The notes under the pieces were generated by a model. It was given only the letters and a program-made list of their open reading frames with translations, searched no databases and was not told the DNA's origin. Below, one piece after another: positions 27,364 through 46,886 of a stretch of DNA of 64,000 nt (position 1 is its first letter; every line of letters begins with the position of its first letter). This DNA is from Amoebidium appalachense (lineage: Eukaryota > Protista > Ichthyosporea), in assembly GCA_963693365.1 (NCBI GenBank), contig CAVNZM010000018.1, forward strand, positions 62,001 through 126,000. The letters are read 5' to 3'. Position numbers and translations under genes: made by a program.

Positions 27364-28793
27364 TAGAAATTCTTGTTTTTCCGAATGATGTTTTGGCTTT
27401 AACGAACATGTGCTCAACTGTATATGCTTTACCAGTAGGACCTAGGTTAAGTAATTGAACCAATTGTATACGTAAGATCTGCAAAACGAAAAACTACACC
27501 AGGAGCTCAAATAAAAGACTCAAAACTAAAGCGCTGACCTACAACATACGCATGGTGCCTCGCTAACTACTGGCACATGTCACCCTCGTCAATCCCCACC
27601 TCCTGCTAATATGCGTTTAGTTTTGATCATTCTTCTGTTTAAAATGGGGCAAAGATCCTGGACGCACACATGCTGAAGTGCACCATATACAGCTCACCCA
27701 AACTGTTTTCCGTTTTCCGTCCCTACGTGCATTAAACAACTTGTACAAATAGAACAGGCATACGTGGGGGGGGGGGGGCAGTGGTGTTTCTGTGCGCCAG
27801 TGTTCTACTTTGGATGTCGGTTTAGTGACTTCCATGAAGATCTTGGCACGTTCAATCAACAGGTCGATGGGCGCGATCCGCCTATGGCCACGTACGCAGT
27901 TGCACCTCGTATACCATTTTCAAATATTGATCAGTGATAGCCAACTTTGAACTGTGCCCGTTTCCCGTGGGGACGACATAAAATTTAGTGTCTCTAGGGG
28001 GGCGTGCGTTATGGCGTTTGGACATCGGACGTTATGTTGTTCGACGTCCATGGCCAGTGCCGTTATAGTTCTAATGGAGGAAATCCTCATTAGTTCCACT
28101 TTTCTCTCTCCTCTGCTCTACTCTTTACTCTAAGACCCTGAGGAGTACATACTATGTACGTTTATATACATTCTAGGTTGGGAACACTGTTGTGATTTAA
28201 AGCCGATCCACCTGGCCACAATATTTGCAAAGTGCCTTATTTCCCCATAGATATCAAACATGATACGCGCCACGCACACAAGCACGTGCACCACAACCAT
28301 CGTCTTGTGGTGCAGCCGGCGAAAAATTTGTCTCCCACCCCGCCCGGCCCATGGCCGCAATTTTTTTTGGACTGCTTCGAAGACGTTGCCCCCCCCCCCC
28401 CCTTTTTCTCCTCTTCCCGGGGTGTGCACCGACCACCCAGCACGTGTGGTGACACTATCAGTCACTCACTCTGATGCACGGTGTTACCAAGACACAAAGA
28501 GGCCATAAAGAGGCGGGGGAAGTCGAACGGGGGATTTCGGGGAACGACCCCGGGTGGGTGGGTGGGTGGGGGGGCGGATTGGGTTGAGTTGGGGGGGCGG
28601 GGTGGCATGACTTATGCTGTGACCAAACCGTCGAAAAAGCAAATATTTCAACACAGAATGTGCAGCATACGGACACTTGAGCCGAAACCCAATCCCAGGG
28701 CCCCTGGGGAAAGAATGAAGCCCATGAGAGAGCGCACACATTCCACATTTCAGATTTTCATGCACCTCTTTACTATCAACCCTCGACCTCGAT

Positions 28794-35019
<6,226 letters not shown>

Positions 35020-36149
35020 GTTTGTGCTTGGTTACAAAACCTGATGAATGTGACAGTGATGATTCTTCCACACAGAACACAGTGGAAAGGCGGAGAAGGG
35101 TGTGGTGGTTATTTGCTGGCGCCCGCACGCGCTTTCTAACAATATAACTACAGTTTATGCCTCTTGATAACTTGCTTTACCCGCTCTTTGTCCTCTCTCT
35201 CTCCCCTATCCCCTACGCTTTCCTCTCTCTCTCTCTCTCCGGCTCCGATTTTTTTGGACTGACTTTTGCCTACGTCAGCAAGTTTGTTTTGTTGATCGGG
35301 CCGGCACCAGATCGGGTCATAAACGATTCGAGCCGTATTCATGGCTTACCAGATTCGATTCGAATTAGCGAAGTTGGCGAAGCTCGACTTCTTGAAGGCT
35401 TTCCTTTCTTCTTTTGTTGAGCACCTTTATACATGGACACGCGGAAGTGGTCAGCATTATGTCTTCATGTGCAGGCAATTCTACTTATAACAGAAGACTG
35501 TTTTGTTTTTTTGTTTTTTTTGGTGGTGGTGGTGGCTGGTGGGGGGGGGAGGGGGGGAGGGGGGAGGGGGGGGGGGGGAAGGGGGTTGGTTGGGAAGCGG
35601 AGATCCCCAGACGTGCATGTGCGTTTACATAGTAATGAAGGGCCCATACGCAAACGGGGTGAGGAGTTGACTATGAGTACTATGCATGCACAGGGATTAA
35701 TTCGGTGGGGGGAGGGGGCCAGCGGGGCGTTATCATAGGCTATTGTAATAGCAGATGATCTCGAGTTTGCAGAACGACTTGCCCATGCACGGGATGGTGT
35801 CGACGCTAATGTGCTGATCAGTGTGCACATCAGAGCAAATGAAGGACTAGGACCACATTGTCAAGTACAGGAATACAAAGTTTTCAATTTATTAACGAGT
35901 TTCGACACAATCATCATCTGCTTGCGTTTGGTGACCAGCACTTTAGCGCGGCAGATCGTCCTGGGCTCCTGGACCAGGGCTCTATAGCTAATAAAAAGTG
36001 GCGGCAAAGCATGCATTACATTACCAAGTACACACTATAACCGTTAAGCATATAATGTAAACAAGAAAGCCTGCAAAAACTCATTGGCTAACAGGGGTGT
36101 AGTTTAAAAACCTACATTCATGTATTTGGACAACAACAAAGTTCGGAGT

Positions 36150-37115
36150 CTATGTAGCGGCTGCCGTTGTGTTGGTTTCATTCAGTGCATGTACCCTCTC
36201 TCTGAGCCAGGCGTTTTCGTTCCACAACACGTGTGTCTCTTGCAACTTGCCCAACACCGCGCACAGCACAGGGTCAGACGCTACATCCCGCCCTAGCACA
36301 GAAGCACACACCCCAACTAGCGCATCATGCACGGAGCACACTGCCTTTTCCGTAGCCAAAAGTGTTGTTCTTAGACTCTCCGTGTGTGTGTTGAGAGTAG
36401 ATGCAAGTGTACACAACACGCCATCTAGGTGTTTGTATCTCTCCTGCCTCCTTTCGTCTTGCTCTTTTTGCTCGTTAAGAAACTCGGCAAGTATGTCCCC
36501 CAACCCCTCCCCTTCGTCACATTCCCGTGGTGCATCTGCACAGTCGCACGTGCTATCTTCCTGTGTTGTTGTGCCTTCTGTGCTATTTCCCTCTGGGTTA
36601 TCTGTCAGCACCTCTTCCAGTCGTGTTTGCTGTGCTCCTCTCTGCGAGAAAGATCCATTACACAACCTCCGTTTGCGCAAAGGCGGGGACATGTGCATTG
36701 AAGATGCGGGTGCCGAAGCAGATGTGAAATCAAAAACAGTAGTTCTCCTGTTTGGTTGCTCCTCTGTCACGGTCTGCATTACCTTCCCCAATACTGCACT
36801 CTGTGTGCGCACACAGAAACTCGTACTTCGCCATCTTGTGGAGTTAAAGAACGGGTTGGGGGGTGCGCTATGAAGGCCGCTGTCGCCTTTAACATCATCA
36901 CCAACACCGGAATCATGCTGTATTTCAGGGGATGCAGAGCGGCTTCCGCGTGTGTTTTCGCTGAGATTGGGAGATTCGCTAGACCCGAGAGAAAGCGGAG
37001 TGAGCACAAACCGACCCCGTGCTATAACCTGGCCGGAAGGGGTGTGTCCTAACCCAGAAGTGCATGATGATGAACGGCCAGGATGGGCGGGTACCACTGT
37101 TGATGCGCACATCAT
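36150..37115 (-). CDS. Orphan protein, 321 aa: disordered N-terminus, NLS-like PPLRKRRL, C-terminal helical/coiled-coil region
   Basis: Uninterrupted 966-nt ATG-initiated ORF with no microsatellite content and protein-like composition (LAEFLNEQKEQDERRQERYKHL...LWNENAWLRERVHAL). Family not recognised; upstream exons are possible. Confidence 0.65.
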   Translation of the reverse strand: MMCASTVVPAHPGRSSSCTSGLGHTPSGQVIARGRFVLTPLSLGSSESPNLSENTRGSRSASPEIQHDSGVGDDVKGDSGLHSAPPNPFFNSTRWRSTSFCVRTQSAVLGKVMQTVTEEQPNRRTTVFDFTSASAPASSMHMSPPLRKRRLCNGSFSQRGAQQTRLEEVLTDNPEGNSTEGTTTQEDSTCDCADAPRECDEGEGLGDILAEFLNEQKEQDERRQERYKHLDGVLCTLASTLNTHTESLRTTLLATEKAVCSVHDALVGVCASVLGRDVASDPVLCAVLGKLQETHVLWNENAWLRERVHALNETNTTAAAT

Positions 37116-37201
37116 GATTATGATCTCTGTGTTCGCAAGGTGTGTGAGTGTGTGTGTGTCATGATTATGATCTCTGTGTTCGCAAGGTGTGTGAGTGTGT
37201 G
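37112..37201. repeat. 47-bp tandem duplication over the start codon of the orphan ORF
   Basis: tcatgattatgatctctgtgttcgcaaggtgtgtgagtgtgtg at 37112 and 37159. Confidence 0.88.
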
Positions 37202-38362
37202 CGGATGGATGCTACATAATAGCAGTAGTGTTTTGCACGGATGCTCCAACCCAACGTGTGCACGATTCTGATTGATAGTGATAGCTCTGACCACGACCAT
37301 TCCACAGACGTCAACTGCAACTGACAAAGTAGATTCCCAAGTATCATACAGTGCCTTGACATACGTGTTTTACGGACGTAATCATTTGTACAATGTCTTA
37401 GGTTTTTATAGGCATCTGCTTGGGTCTTAGTTACATGTACACAACGAATTTGGAGAATCTGAGATAGGAACATGTCCCATGTAGTTACGTATGCATGTAC
37501 TTGCTCATGGCATCAAGGAAAACACACCGATATTTGCATATGTACTATGACAATCAGTTCAGTAATGCTGATAACACTATCACCTATCAAAAGCTATGAG
37601 TATTGCTTATATGATAATTGTAGGTGATAGCCGACACAATTGCTCCAAAAACGGCGACACAGTTGTCAAAGAGCTGAGTCTTGTTTACAAAAACACAGGA
37701 AGATGATTGGCTACAAAAGGTCACAGCTAATCCCCCTACATTTTACACCTGTGGGGGCCTGAAAATGAAATGTAAATAGATCATATTTCAACTTCAAGTT
37801 CTGTTGAATGACAGAAAACACAAGGTAGCCAAGCTAAGACTTTTTGGGGTTTTCAATAACATTTACCTGCCATTTCGGTTTCTTTACTGCTTATAGTATT
37901 GGACAGGGCTTGACTTCTAATTTGACGGTTCGGAAACTTCCCTTGAGCACAACACACCCCCCACAAAGAGAAGACCTGAGGGGTGTGTCACACCTTCAAT
38001 CTGATTGGTTTAGACAAGATGAGCATATTACACTTTCTTACACCCACCTGAACCGTTCGCAACGTCCGCCCGATGCATGTTCCGTGCGTGTCAGCATGTA
38101 CGTGTGGGGGGTATGCCTGGGGTGGGTGCATGTGTATTGTGTATGTACGTGTGCGTGTACGTGCGTGCATGGCTTTACGGCAGCGCATGTACATGTGGAT
38201 GGGTGTGAGGGTGCATGCACCGTGGTGCCACGGTGTCCGCGCACCGATGGTACTGTGTGCATGTACAGGTGTAGATTGTGGGTGGCAGTACATGGGTGGG
38301 GCCCGTGTATGGCACGAATTCGGTTTGCAGCAAAGGGGTGTGTGTGTGTGTGTGTGTGTGTC

Positions 38363-38422
<60 letters not shown>

Positions 38423-38921
38423 CCGTGTATGTTGCACATGTTCAACGTGCGTGCGTGTGCGCGCGAGTGTGTGTGTGTGTGCGGCTGTGCTTGTATCATC
38501 ATGTGTGTGCATGTGTGTTTTGCTTGTTTCTGACGTTGTGTGTTTGCGTGTGCGTGGGGCACACACGTGTATGTGTATCTGATCAACGATTCTTGTCTGT
38601 ATGCATGTACACGCACGAACCGCCGTGGCGTGTGTCGTCGCAGGGTAGAACGTCCGTGTGAATTTTTTGAATGTCCAGCTGCCTAGGCCCTCCTCGAATT
38701 CAAGAAGTTTTAAGACTCAAACAACTATAAATGAAGGGGAAAGGGGGGGGTTAGAGGGGGGGATGTACAGGGGGGAGGGGGGGAGGGGGGAGGGGGAGAG
38801 AGGGGGGGAGGGGAGGGGGGGGGGGGGGGGGGGGGGGGGAGGAGAAACGAAAGAACTCCGGAAAGAAGGGAGACAGAACGTTGGGGGAGGGGGGGGGGGG
38901 GGGGGGGGGGGGAGAAGGGGG

Positions 38922-38952
<31 letters not shown>

Positions 38953-39058
38953 AGGGGGCCGAGGGGGTGGACGACATTGAGGAGAGGGGGGATGAGTTGG
39001 ACTTTCTCTCTCTCCGACCCGTCTCCCTAGGGTGCACACACATTTTATCTCTCTTCCG

Positions 39059-39087
39059 AGGGTTAGGGTTTAGGGTTAGGGTTAGGG
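39059..39087 (+). repeat. Short interstitial telomere-like (TTAGGG)n tract
   Basis: agggttagggtttagggttagggttaggg: four TTAGGG units, one with an extra T. Confidence 0.6.
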
Positions 39088-39109
39088 TCCCCTCTCTCCC
39101 CCCCCCCCC

Positions 39110-39200
<91 letters not shown>

Positions 39201-39903
39201 ACTGTACACAACCAGGCCGCCAGCCTGTTTGCTATAGTTCCTCTGTATGGGCTGTAATGAAACCGCTAGCTGGGAAGAATGGGGTTCAACTTGGGGGGAA
39301 GGGGAGAGGGGGGCGGGGGAAAAGGGGGGGAGGGGGGGGGGGGGGGGGGGGGGAGGAAGCGGGGCAGAAAGTCCCTTGCTAGATAACTTTGTGCCTAGAA
39401 TTGATGGTCAGAATGCAATTGGATTTATATGATGGTGTGGCGAGTGACCCAACTTCTCGGCAATACTGTGTTTGTACAGACTGGGTATGAAGGCCGGTGG
39501 GTGCCGTCAGTCACTGCCGTGAATAAAAGCAGTGTGAGCGGGTGAGGGGGAGTGGGTGCCAAGACTTTTCATCTTTTTGGTGGGGGCGTGAGTTTGTATG
39601 AGTTTGCGTATTGTTGTTGTTTTTGGTAGCCGGGAGAGGAGGTGGGGGGGGGGGGGGGGGGGGGGGGGGGGAGTTGATCGAACCATTGGGCACAAGTGTA
39701 TGCTCAGCCCGGCCAGCGAAGTACTCCCGCTGAGGGCAGGAGATGGTGCACCACCCCCCACTAGGTTGCCCCCCTCCTCCCCCCCCCCCCCCCCTCCCCC
39801 CTCCACTGCTCCCCCCTCCCCTCCCTCCCCCTCCTCCTCTCTCTCTCTCTCCCCCCCCCCGGGCCCCACCCCACCCCACCTGCCCTTCGCATTTAGTGGA
39901 AAA

Positions 39904-39945
<42 letters not shown>

Positions 39946-41785
39946 GGAACAAAAAAATAAAAATGAAAGAAACTTTGCAGAACCTCAAATAGTGCTCAGG
40001 CTGCATCTCAACCCCCCCCCCCCCCCCCTCCCCCTCCCCCCCAAAAAACACCCAAACACGCCCCCAACTACTCTCCCCCCACCCCTCCAACCCCCCCCCC
40101 CGAAAATCCCCCTCCCCTTCTCCACCCCTTCCCCCCACAAAAACTCTGGGAAAATACTATTCAAGGGCTAACACGAACATCAAAACAACACAGAGGCAGG
40201 CCTTGCCACGGCTGGAAGACCAATCCAGTGTCACTTATCAATCATTCTCTATTGATCCACGTTAATCTCATGATCCACCTGCTTTTTATTGTGTCCTTTC
40301 ATTATACAGGGGATCCTAAGTTTTGAGGGCGGGGACACGCATCTTGTTGTCAAATAGAGTGGTGAAACTGTGGGCTTCCTCCCACATTTTGGGACCTGGG
40401 GGGATGACGGGCCGGGGTGGGGGGTGGGGGAAGGGGGAGGGGGATCAGATAGAGGTTTTGGTGCTTTTGACTGTGTTGCTATGTATCACGTTTATTACTT
40501 TTTCTTTAATTATAATTTGGTATCATTTGACACCCCAATCACCTTATGCAATTTGACAAACCAGCCCCCGACAAGAGAGGGGGGCGGGGGGGGGGGGGTC
40601 GTTACCGGAAAACCGTGTGGCTCTCTGCAGTTCCGGATCCCCCGGCCCCCATCTTCCCCCCCCTCCCCCCTACCCCCCGTCTAATGCGCCACTCCCCCCT
40701 CCCCCCCCCCCATCCACCCCTCCCGCATCCCCAACCCAGCCCCAGCTTCCGGCCTCCCTTTGACCTTTACGAACAACACCGTTGCGCCGCCCAAACAGAT
40801 TTTCAGGCAGCCATAAATCGCTGCTCGAAAATAACCCCCCCCCCCCCCCCCCCCCCCCCCAAACCTTCCGGGCCTTCAACCCATCCCTTTCCCATCCCCC
40901 CTCCTCCCCCACCTCCAGGGACCATTGCCGCCGCCCCCCGCCCCTCCCCCCCCCCCCCCCCCCCCCCCCAAAAAAAAAGGGGGGGGGGGGGGGGGGGGGT
41001 GATACCCTAATCATCTGTGTGACGGTGTTTCTTGGTGTTATGTTATGTACATCACACTAGAAATAGGCCAATGCAGTGACGCCTGTATGAAGATCACGGG
41101 GTCAAACCGACTGCACAAGCTGATGCAAACGAGTGTAATGATTATGTTTACCAATGGGATGCCAGGTTTAATTTTTATTCTAACTATAGCCATCGTGCCG
41201 GGGCACCTTGCGATGGCCATCGGAAAATGCAGACTTTCTTGTCAATTTTTAAATCACGAATAGCCAGAAAACCCGAGCATTTTATTTAAAAGGCACTTGA
41301 AAACCAGAGGGCTGTTTGACCATGTGCACCTATCTGTGTACACGTGTGTGCGCACTACAAACGGGTACAAACCATGTGTGTGCCTTGTTATGAAAATCAC
41401 TGACTATCATAGGTGCGCGTGTGCAAGTGGCATTGATGTCACGATTTGCAGTTGCAAGAAGTTGCGCACTATATGGTATGCTCACTGTGTGTGCGTGTTT
41501 GTGTGTGTGTGCGCGCGCGCACGTGTGTGTGTGTATGTATGCGTGTGCGTGTGTGTGACACCGTGTGTGTGTGTGTGTGTGTGTGTGCGCGTGTGCGTGT
41601 GCACGCGCGCGCGCGCGCGCGCGTGTGTGTGTGTGTCTGTGTGTGTGTCACTTCAAAAATCTGCTGTCCACATGTGTCTCCGGAGCCTCCAAGTATGATG
41701 TGTCGATGGTCTTAGTGTGTGTGGGTGGGTGGGTGGCTGTGTACGTGGGCGCACATATTTGGGAGTGCCAGCGCGTGTGACACCG

Positions 41786-41830
<45 letters not shown>

Positions 41831-42123
41831 GGTGGGTGTGTGTGTGCGTATGCCAGTGTGTGTGTGTGTGTGTGTGCGTGTGCGTGTGCGTGTGTGTGTG
41901 TGCGTGTGTGTGTGCTTGTTTGCCAAATTGCATTTTATTCGATCCATGAAAGAGCACAACACGTACACACACAAATTTTGCACATAGTACACTTGAATTT
42001 CAAACACAAGCGCACACACACACCCACACACACGCACATACACACGCGCGCACACACATACACACACACACACGCACGCACTGTGGCACACACACACACA
42101 CACACACAAACCCACACACACGC

Positions 42124-42155
<32 letters not shown>

Positions 42156-42267
42156 CGTCACGCAATCCTCCCATCCACCCGCCCGACCACGCACACGTGA
42201 CACAAAACATACACACACACGCACACGCACGTGTGCACACACACACACACGTGCACATGTGCACACA

Positions 42268-42306
<39 letters not shown>

Positions 42307-42880
42307 CACAAAGGCACACACACCAGGGGGATCCAAGAACCTTCTGGGAAAAAGAAAAAAAAGGGGGGGAGGAAAAAAAGGAAATACTCTACGTCTACTA
42401 ATGCAAAGGGCCTGAAAATAATCCGTCCTTAGGTTCCAATAATTATTTGTTCTAAATTGATGTTAGTCGTAACTAACTTAAATGCCTAACTAACAAAGAA
42501 ATTCCCAAGGGTGCGCTGTGCACATGATAGTTCAGTGTCTTGCAATATGATGTCGCACATGTGCAAGGTGCATGCACACAGAGATTGGTAAGCATAGATA
42601 GCAGTACCATCGCAAAAACGTACGTGAGAGTGTGACGATTCATGCGTGTTCCCACGCCGTGTACATGTGTAACTGTGTATTTGCCCTGTGTCACTGTGCA
42701 CATGGCAGCATGAAAATGTTGCAAATGGTGGGGGGCACACGAATACGTATATACAGTCACGCGCGGTTCGCCAAATTCACGTACACCATCTGCACGTGCG
42801 ACTTACGTGCACGCGTGCCACACCGGATGACACCTGACGCTGCCGCCCAATCAGAAGACTTGGTTGCTCAGCCGGCGCCG

Positions 42881-42947
<67 letters not shown>

Positions 42948-42964
42948 AAAAAAAAAAAAACAAA

Positions 42965-43014
<50 letters not shown>

Positions 43015-43692
43015 AAAAAAAAAAAGAAAAGAAAAAAGAGAGAGAATAAGATCTTGAGAAACAAACCGCTGAAGAAGAAAAAGAAAAAGAGAAATGTAGA
43101 CTGATCTAAAGAAGTCATACGTGTCGGCCCTGCACTGACACCGGTGATCGATGGATCCGCTATGGACCACTAAGCCTTCGGAATCCGAATTCGTAACTTT
43201 GTCGATTGAAATTCAAAAAAGCTGGAGTTTGGTTCACCACAATGACAACAGCACAAAAAACTACGAAGAAGAAACACTAAACAAAAATAGACATCTTCGT
43301 GTAAACTTTTCAATCGAGGCCCTTGGCGTGAAAAATGGCCAGACTGCCAGAAGCAATGTTGCTATTGCCTTATTAGGGTGCGAAATATTGCTGTAACCAA
43401 TAGAATATGGGCGTTATGATGATTGTAGCTTCACTCTGATTGGTTGTCACACCGAACGGATTTCCCGATTGTTTTTTTCCACAGTGATGCTTTCTATCAC
43501 TTTTTTTAACACTATTCAGACAGTTCTCCAATATTATAATAGAAAACGGTTTATATACCCAGATGGCCAGATGGCCAGATCAAAAGCTAGTGTGTGAAAA
43601 AAGGAGGATTAAACGGACACATCCACCCGGAGTCAATATGAATCTGGTCATCTGGCCATGTACATGTGGCCATAGAATAGCATAGCATGTAA

Positions 43693-43990
43693 GACACTCA
43701 CTGCCACCACTGGGGGGCCTGGTTCCGGCAGCAGGGGTGCTGGGGGGGGGACTGCCACCACTGGGGGGCCTGGTTCAGGAGGCTGGGGGGGCTGGGGGGG
43801 GACCGCCACCACTGGGGGGCATGGGTTCAGGAGGCTGGGGTTGCATGCGCACAGGAGCACGTGAGGAAGCTTAATTAAGGCGGGGCTGGCAAGCCACTCA
43901 CAGTGAGAAAATGATATCTGTGCATAGAGTATGTTGCCACTGCGACACTCACTGCCACCACTGGGGGGCCTGGTTCCGGCAGCAGGGGGG
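43693..43990 (-). repeat. GC-rich ~50-bp repeat (actgccaccactggggggcctggttc...), 4 copies; Pro-rich coding potential on the minus strand
   Basis: Copies at ~43693, 43750, 43801 and 43944. The minus strand reads PEPGPPVVA, and two copies end in a GCA|GTGAGT donor-like site. Confidence 0.8.
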
Positions 43991-44089
43991 CTGGGGGTCT
44001 GGGGGGCTGGGGGGGGGGGCTGGGGGGCTGGGGGGTTCACACGTGGGCGGGGGTGGGTGGGGATGGGGGGGGGGGGGGGGGGGGGTTGT

Positions 44090-44230
44090 CTAATTGGGCT
44101 TGTGCATGTGGCAGTGGGTTGTGGATTTCACCATGATTGTTCTTGCAGGGGTTGCCAGCCTTGGTTTTGCCCTGGCAGTACCTCTTTTCCTTGCCCACAC
44201 CTGCTACTGCAGCTTCGCCCGGCGGCCGGC
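44090..44230 (-). pseudogene. Frameshifted C-x-G-x-T-K-x-G-x-x-C...C-x-x-H zinc-finger relic (DUF5763-like)
   Basis: The minus strand reads EKRYCQGKTKAGNPCK, then after a 1-nt shift (T)IMVKSTTHCHMHKPN*. Confidence 0.5.
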
Positions 44231-44710
44231 GGCCCCTGAACCGTTACAACCTATAGCTACACGAGCTTCCCAATGGCTACAAGAATAAAGGCCTAAAGTT
44301 GTAATTTAAAAGCTGTGAAATAAACAAAAAATGTCGATAAAAACGTCATATAGCAATTAAAACACAAGTTCACAACAATTTTTTTTTTTTTATACCTTTT
44401 TTATCCTTTGTGTGTTTACCCACAGTCGCGAGCATCATGAAGTGATCTTCGACAGATCGATCACAGGAATGCAGATGCATATGCCCTGGGCTGGTAAAGG
44501 ATGGAGAGCAAATGAGCAATGCGAATCTAGAATTCGTGGCTATTCTATGACCTTGCAATTTGCACAAACTGCAAGTTTAGTAATTCACCAATAAATTACA
44601 TTTACTTATATTCATTTGATATAATACACCAAAAGCATTGTTCTCCGTTTCTTTTTTCGTGCGCGCACGGTCCCCCACCAGCGCCGTGTGCGGATACCCA
44701 TTAATAGCAA

Positions 44711-44813
44711 CCAATCGGAATTCGTCAGCTCGCGCGCGCGACATTCCTCCGCATTTCAACGCGTCTTGAACCAATCAGAGCTGGGTGGCCTAATTCCTGA
44801 CATCTATATAAAA
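44711..44813 (+). promoter_or_regulatory. CCAAT-CCAAT-TATA promoter of bHLH-ZIP paralog 1
   Basis: ccaat at 44711 and 44771; tatataaaa at 44805-44813. Confidence 0.62.
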
Positions 44814-45112
44814 CCCAGCTTCTTCCCACGTTATATGGTAAGCTCACGTTATGTTTGTGGTAGCTTCTGATTGCTACATAAGACCCACGTAAAACAAAAC
44901 ACGTATACGGCACACAAACTAGCACACTAAAAACTAACCTGACCCGGCAACAAGAAGATACAGACACTTTGAATCATCTGACGCACACTACACAGCCACT
45001 TGCAAAACACAAAACACCACCTTCACACACACAAAACACGTGTGTTTTGCACATAAACATGCGGACCGTTCCCTGCCTCAAATTTGATTTTGGCGCTTGT
45101 CTGGCCGACGTC

Positions 45113-46886
45113 ATGTCGTCCCCACCTGGGTTCACCTTTGTTGATAGAAAGGCCGGCACAAATCAAGCGCTGGCTCAAAGTCCAGAAAACGTAGGTTTTC
45201 CCTTTTTCGCCGGCTTGGATTTGGGTCTATGCAAGGTTTTCTCAGCATCATGTGTGGTGTTTTATAATGTTTGTAAGTATTTGATGGTCGATTTTATATA
45301 TAAAGAAAGAACATGAGCTTTAATGTGCTCGCTTTATTCTGGAAATCCTTTATGGAGAATGTTTGCTTGTATACGAGGTGCATTTTTTTGTGCTGCCAAA
45401 TGTGCCTCCCATTTTTCGCTGTTTCGTGCACAGGTTGCTAGAAGCTATTCAAATTTCTAAACTTTTAATCTCTTTTCTTGCGCGCGTGTGAAGGGGGGAG
45501 GGGAAGGGGTTTCCGTTTCTGGTGGTGATGGGCTTTGTGCTTTGGGGGAGGGGGGGGGGGGGGGGGGGGGGGGAGGATGATAAGAGAGAAAAAATAGCGT
45601 ACATGAATTTTTTTGGATGCTAACCCTCATAAAAAACTTTCTGCCCACAGGCGTATTCTCTGGACCTAAATGCGGCCGCTGTAGGCATGCCGACCATAGA
45701 CCCCCTTCTCTTGGCCCTGGCGGCGGCGCGCACGGCCTTTTCGCACACCGTCGAAAACAACCCATCCATATTTGGCATTCCAATGGACACCATTTATGAT
45801 TCAATCGCTCTGCCCACACACCCAGCACCCGCCACTTTGAGCCAATCACAAACCGTGCAGAATGCCCCACAAACCCCGTCTCCCGTAAGGCAGCAAGCAG
45901 CATCCTCCCAAAAGCGGATGAGCCAATCAGATGACGGCATGCAGCCACCAGCGAAAAAGCGCATTGTTTCATTGGCTGTAAATCAGGAGGCAGCACCACC
46001 CTCGAGCACGGCAAATTTCTTTTATTTCACGCCGGGTTCAGGTTCGACCTCGCCCATACCAGAAACAGAAACACGGTCCAGAATGGACTCCTCAAGTGTT
46101 GGTGATGTGGGGTCGGAGGATGATGAGCCTGGGACCAAGCGCTCTGCACACAGAGAGGTGGAGAAGAAGCGCAGAGACGATCTGAAGGTGTGTGTGCACG
46201 TGCATCCCCCCTCTTCTCCCCCCCCCCCCCCCCCCCCCCCCCCTCCTCCTCCTCCCTCTCCCCCTCCCCTCCCCCCCTCACCATCTCCCTTCACCCTACT
46301 CACGAAGGCGGGTGCTTGCTCGTGCACAAAACAAACTAAATAAATCATTGCGGCATGATTTAAATGCATGCTTCGAGAAATTGGTGTGGTTTTCAGGTTA
46401 ATATATCAGGCACGTGAAAAAAGGGCTGGAAAAATGGAAGGCCCTTAGTATGGAAGGGTCTGGTTCGATTTGCTACACAGGTTGCTATCTTTCCCCTGTT
46501 CCCCATAATTCCCCCTCCCCTCTCACCCCTCCCCCTCCCCCCTCCCCCTCTCCTTCATCCCCTCCCTCCCCACACACGCACATTCGGGCGCGTGTGGGTA
46601 CCCACCGGTTTGATACTTTCTCACCTAGCCTCCTCTCAACCTCTCCCCTTGTGCCACATACTTACCACCATGTTCCCATCCCCAGACGTACCTTACGCAG
46701 CTACAGCAACTTGTACCGGGGCTTCGCACACCCGGTGCACGCACACACCACAGTAAGGTCACGGTGGTGCGCTGTGCCGTGGAACACATCCGCGAGCTGC
46801 ATGAACGTGCCAGAACAAGGGAGAAGGAGATGGAAGCCCTTAGAAGGGAGGTGGCAAGCCTGCGCGCCAACCAACAGCAGAAATAA
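45113..46886 (+). CDS. Group-B bHLH-leucine zipper transcription factor (Myc/Mxd/Mnt superfamily), paralog 1, 3 exons, 271 aa
   Basis: Exons 45113-45190, 45651-46187, 46686-46886 (all phase 0, GT-AG). bHLH-ZIP: KRSAHREVEKKRRDDLK|TYLTQLQQLVPGL...SKVTVVRCAVEHIRELHERARTREKEMEALRREVASLR, with the H-x3-E-x3-R E-box signature. Exon 1 is supported by the matching structure of paralog 2. Confidence 0.88.

Noticed and set aside
35739-35986. Open frame AIVIADDLEFAERLAHARDGVDANVLISVH... after a possible acceptor
   Set aside because: Looks protein-like, but no recognisable family, start or linked exons.
41075-41340. Possible degenerate exons RLYEDHGVKPTAQAD... with a 24-nt intron
   Set aside because: Upstream stop, implausibly short intron and no homology recognised.
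44146-44183. caggggttgccag as a hAT TIR
   Set aside because: No convincing partner or TSD; better explained as the antisense of the zinc-finger relic.
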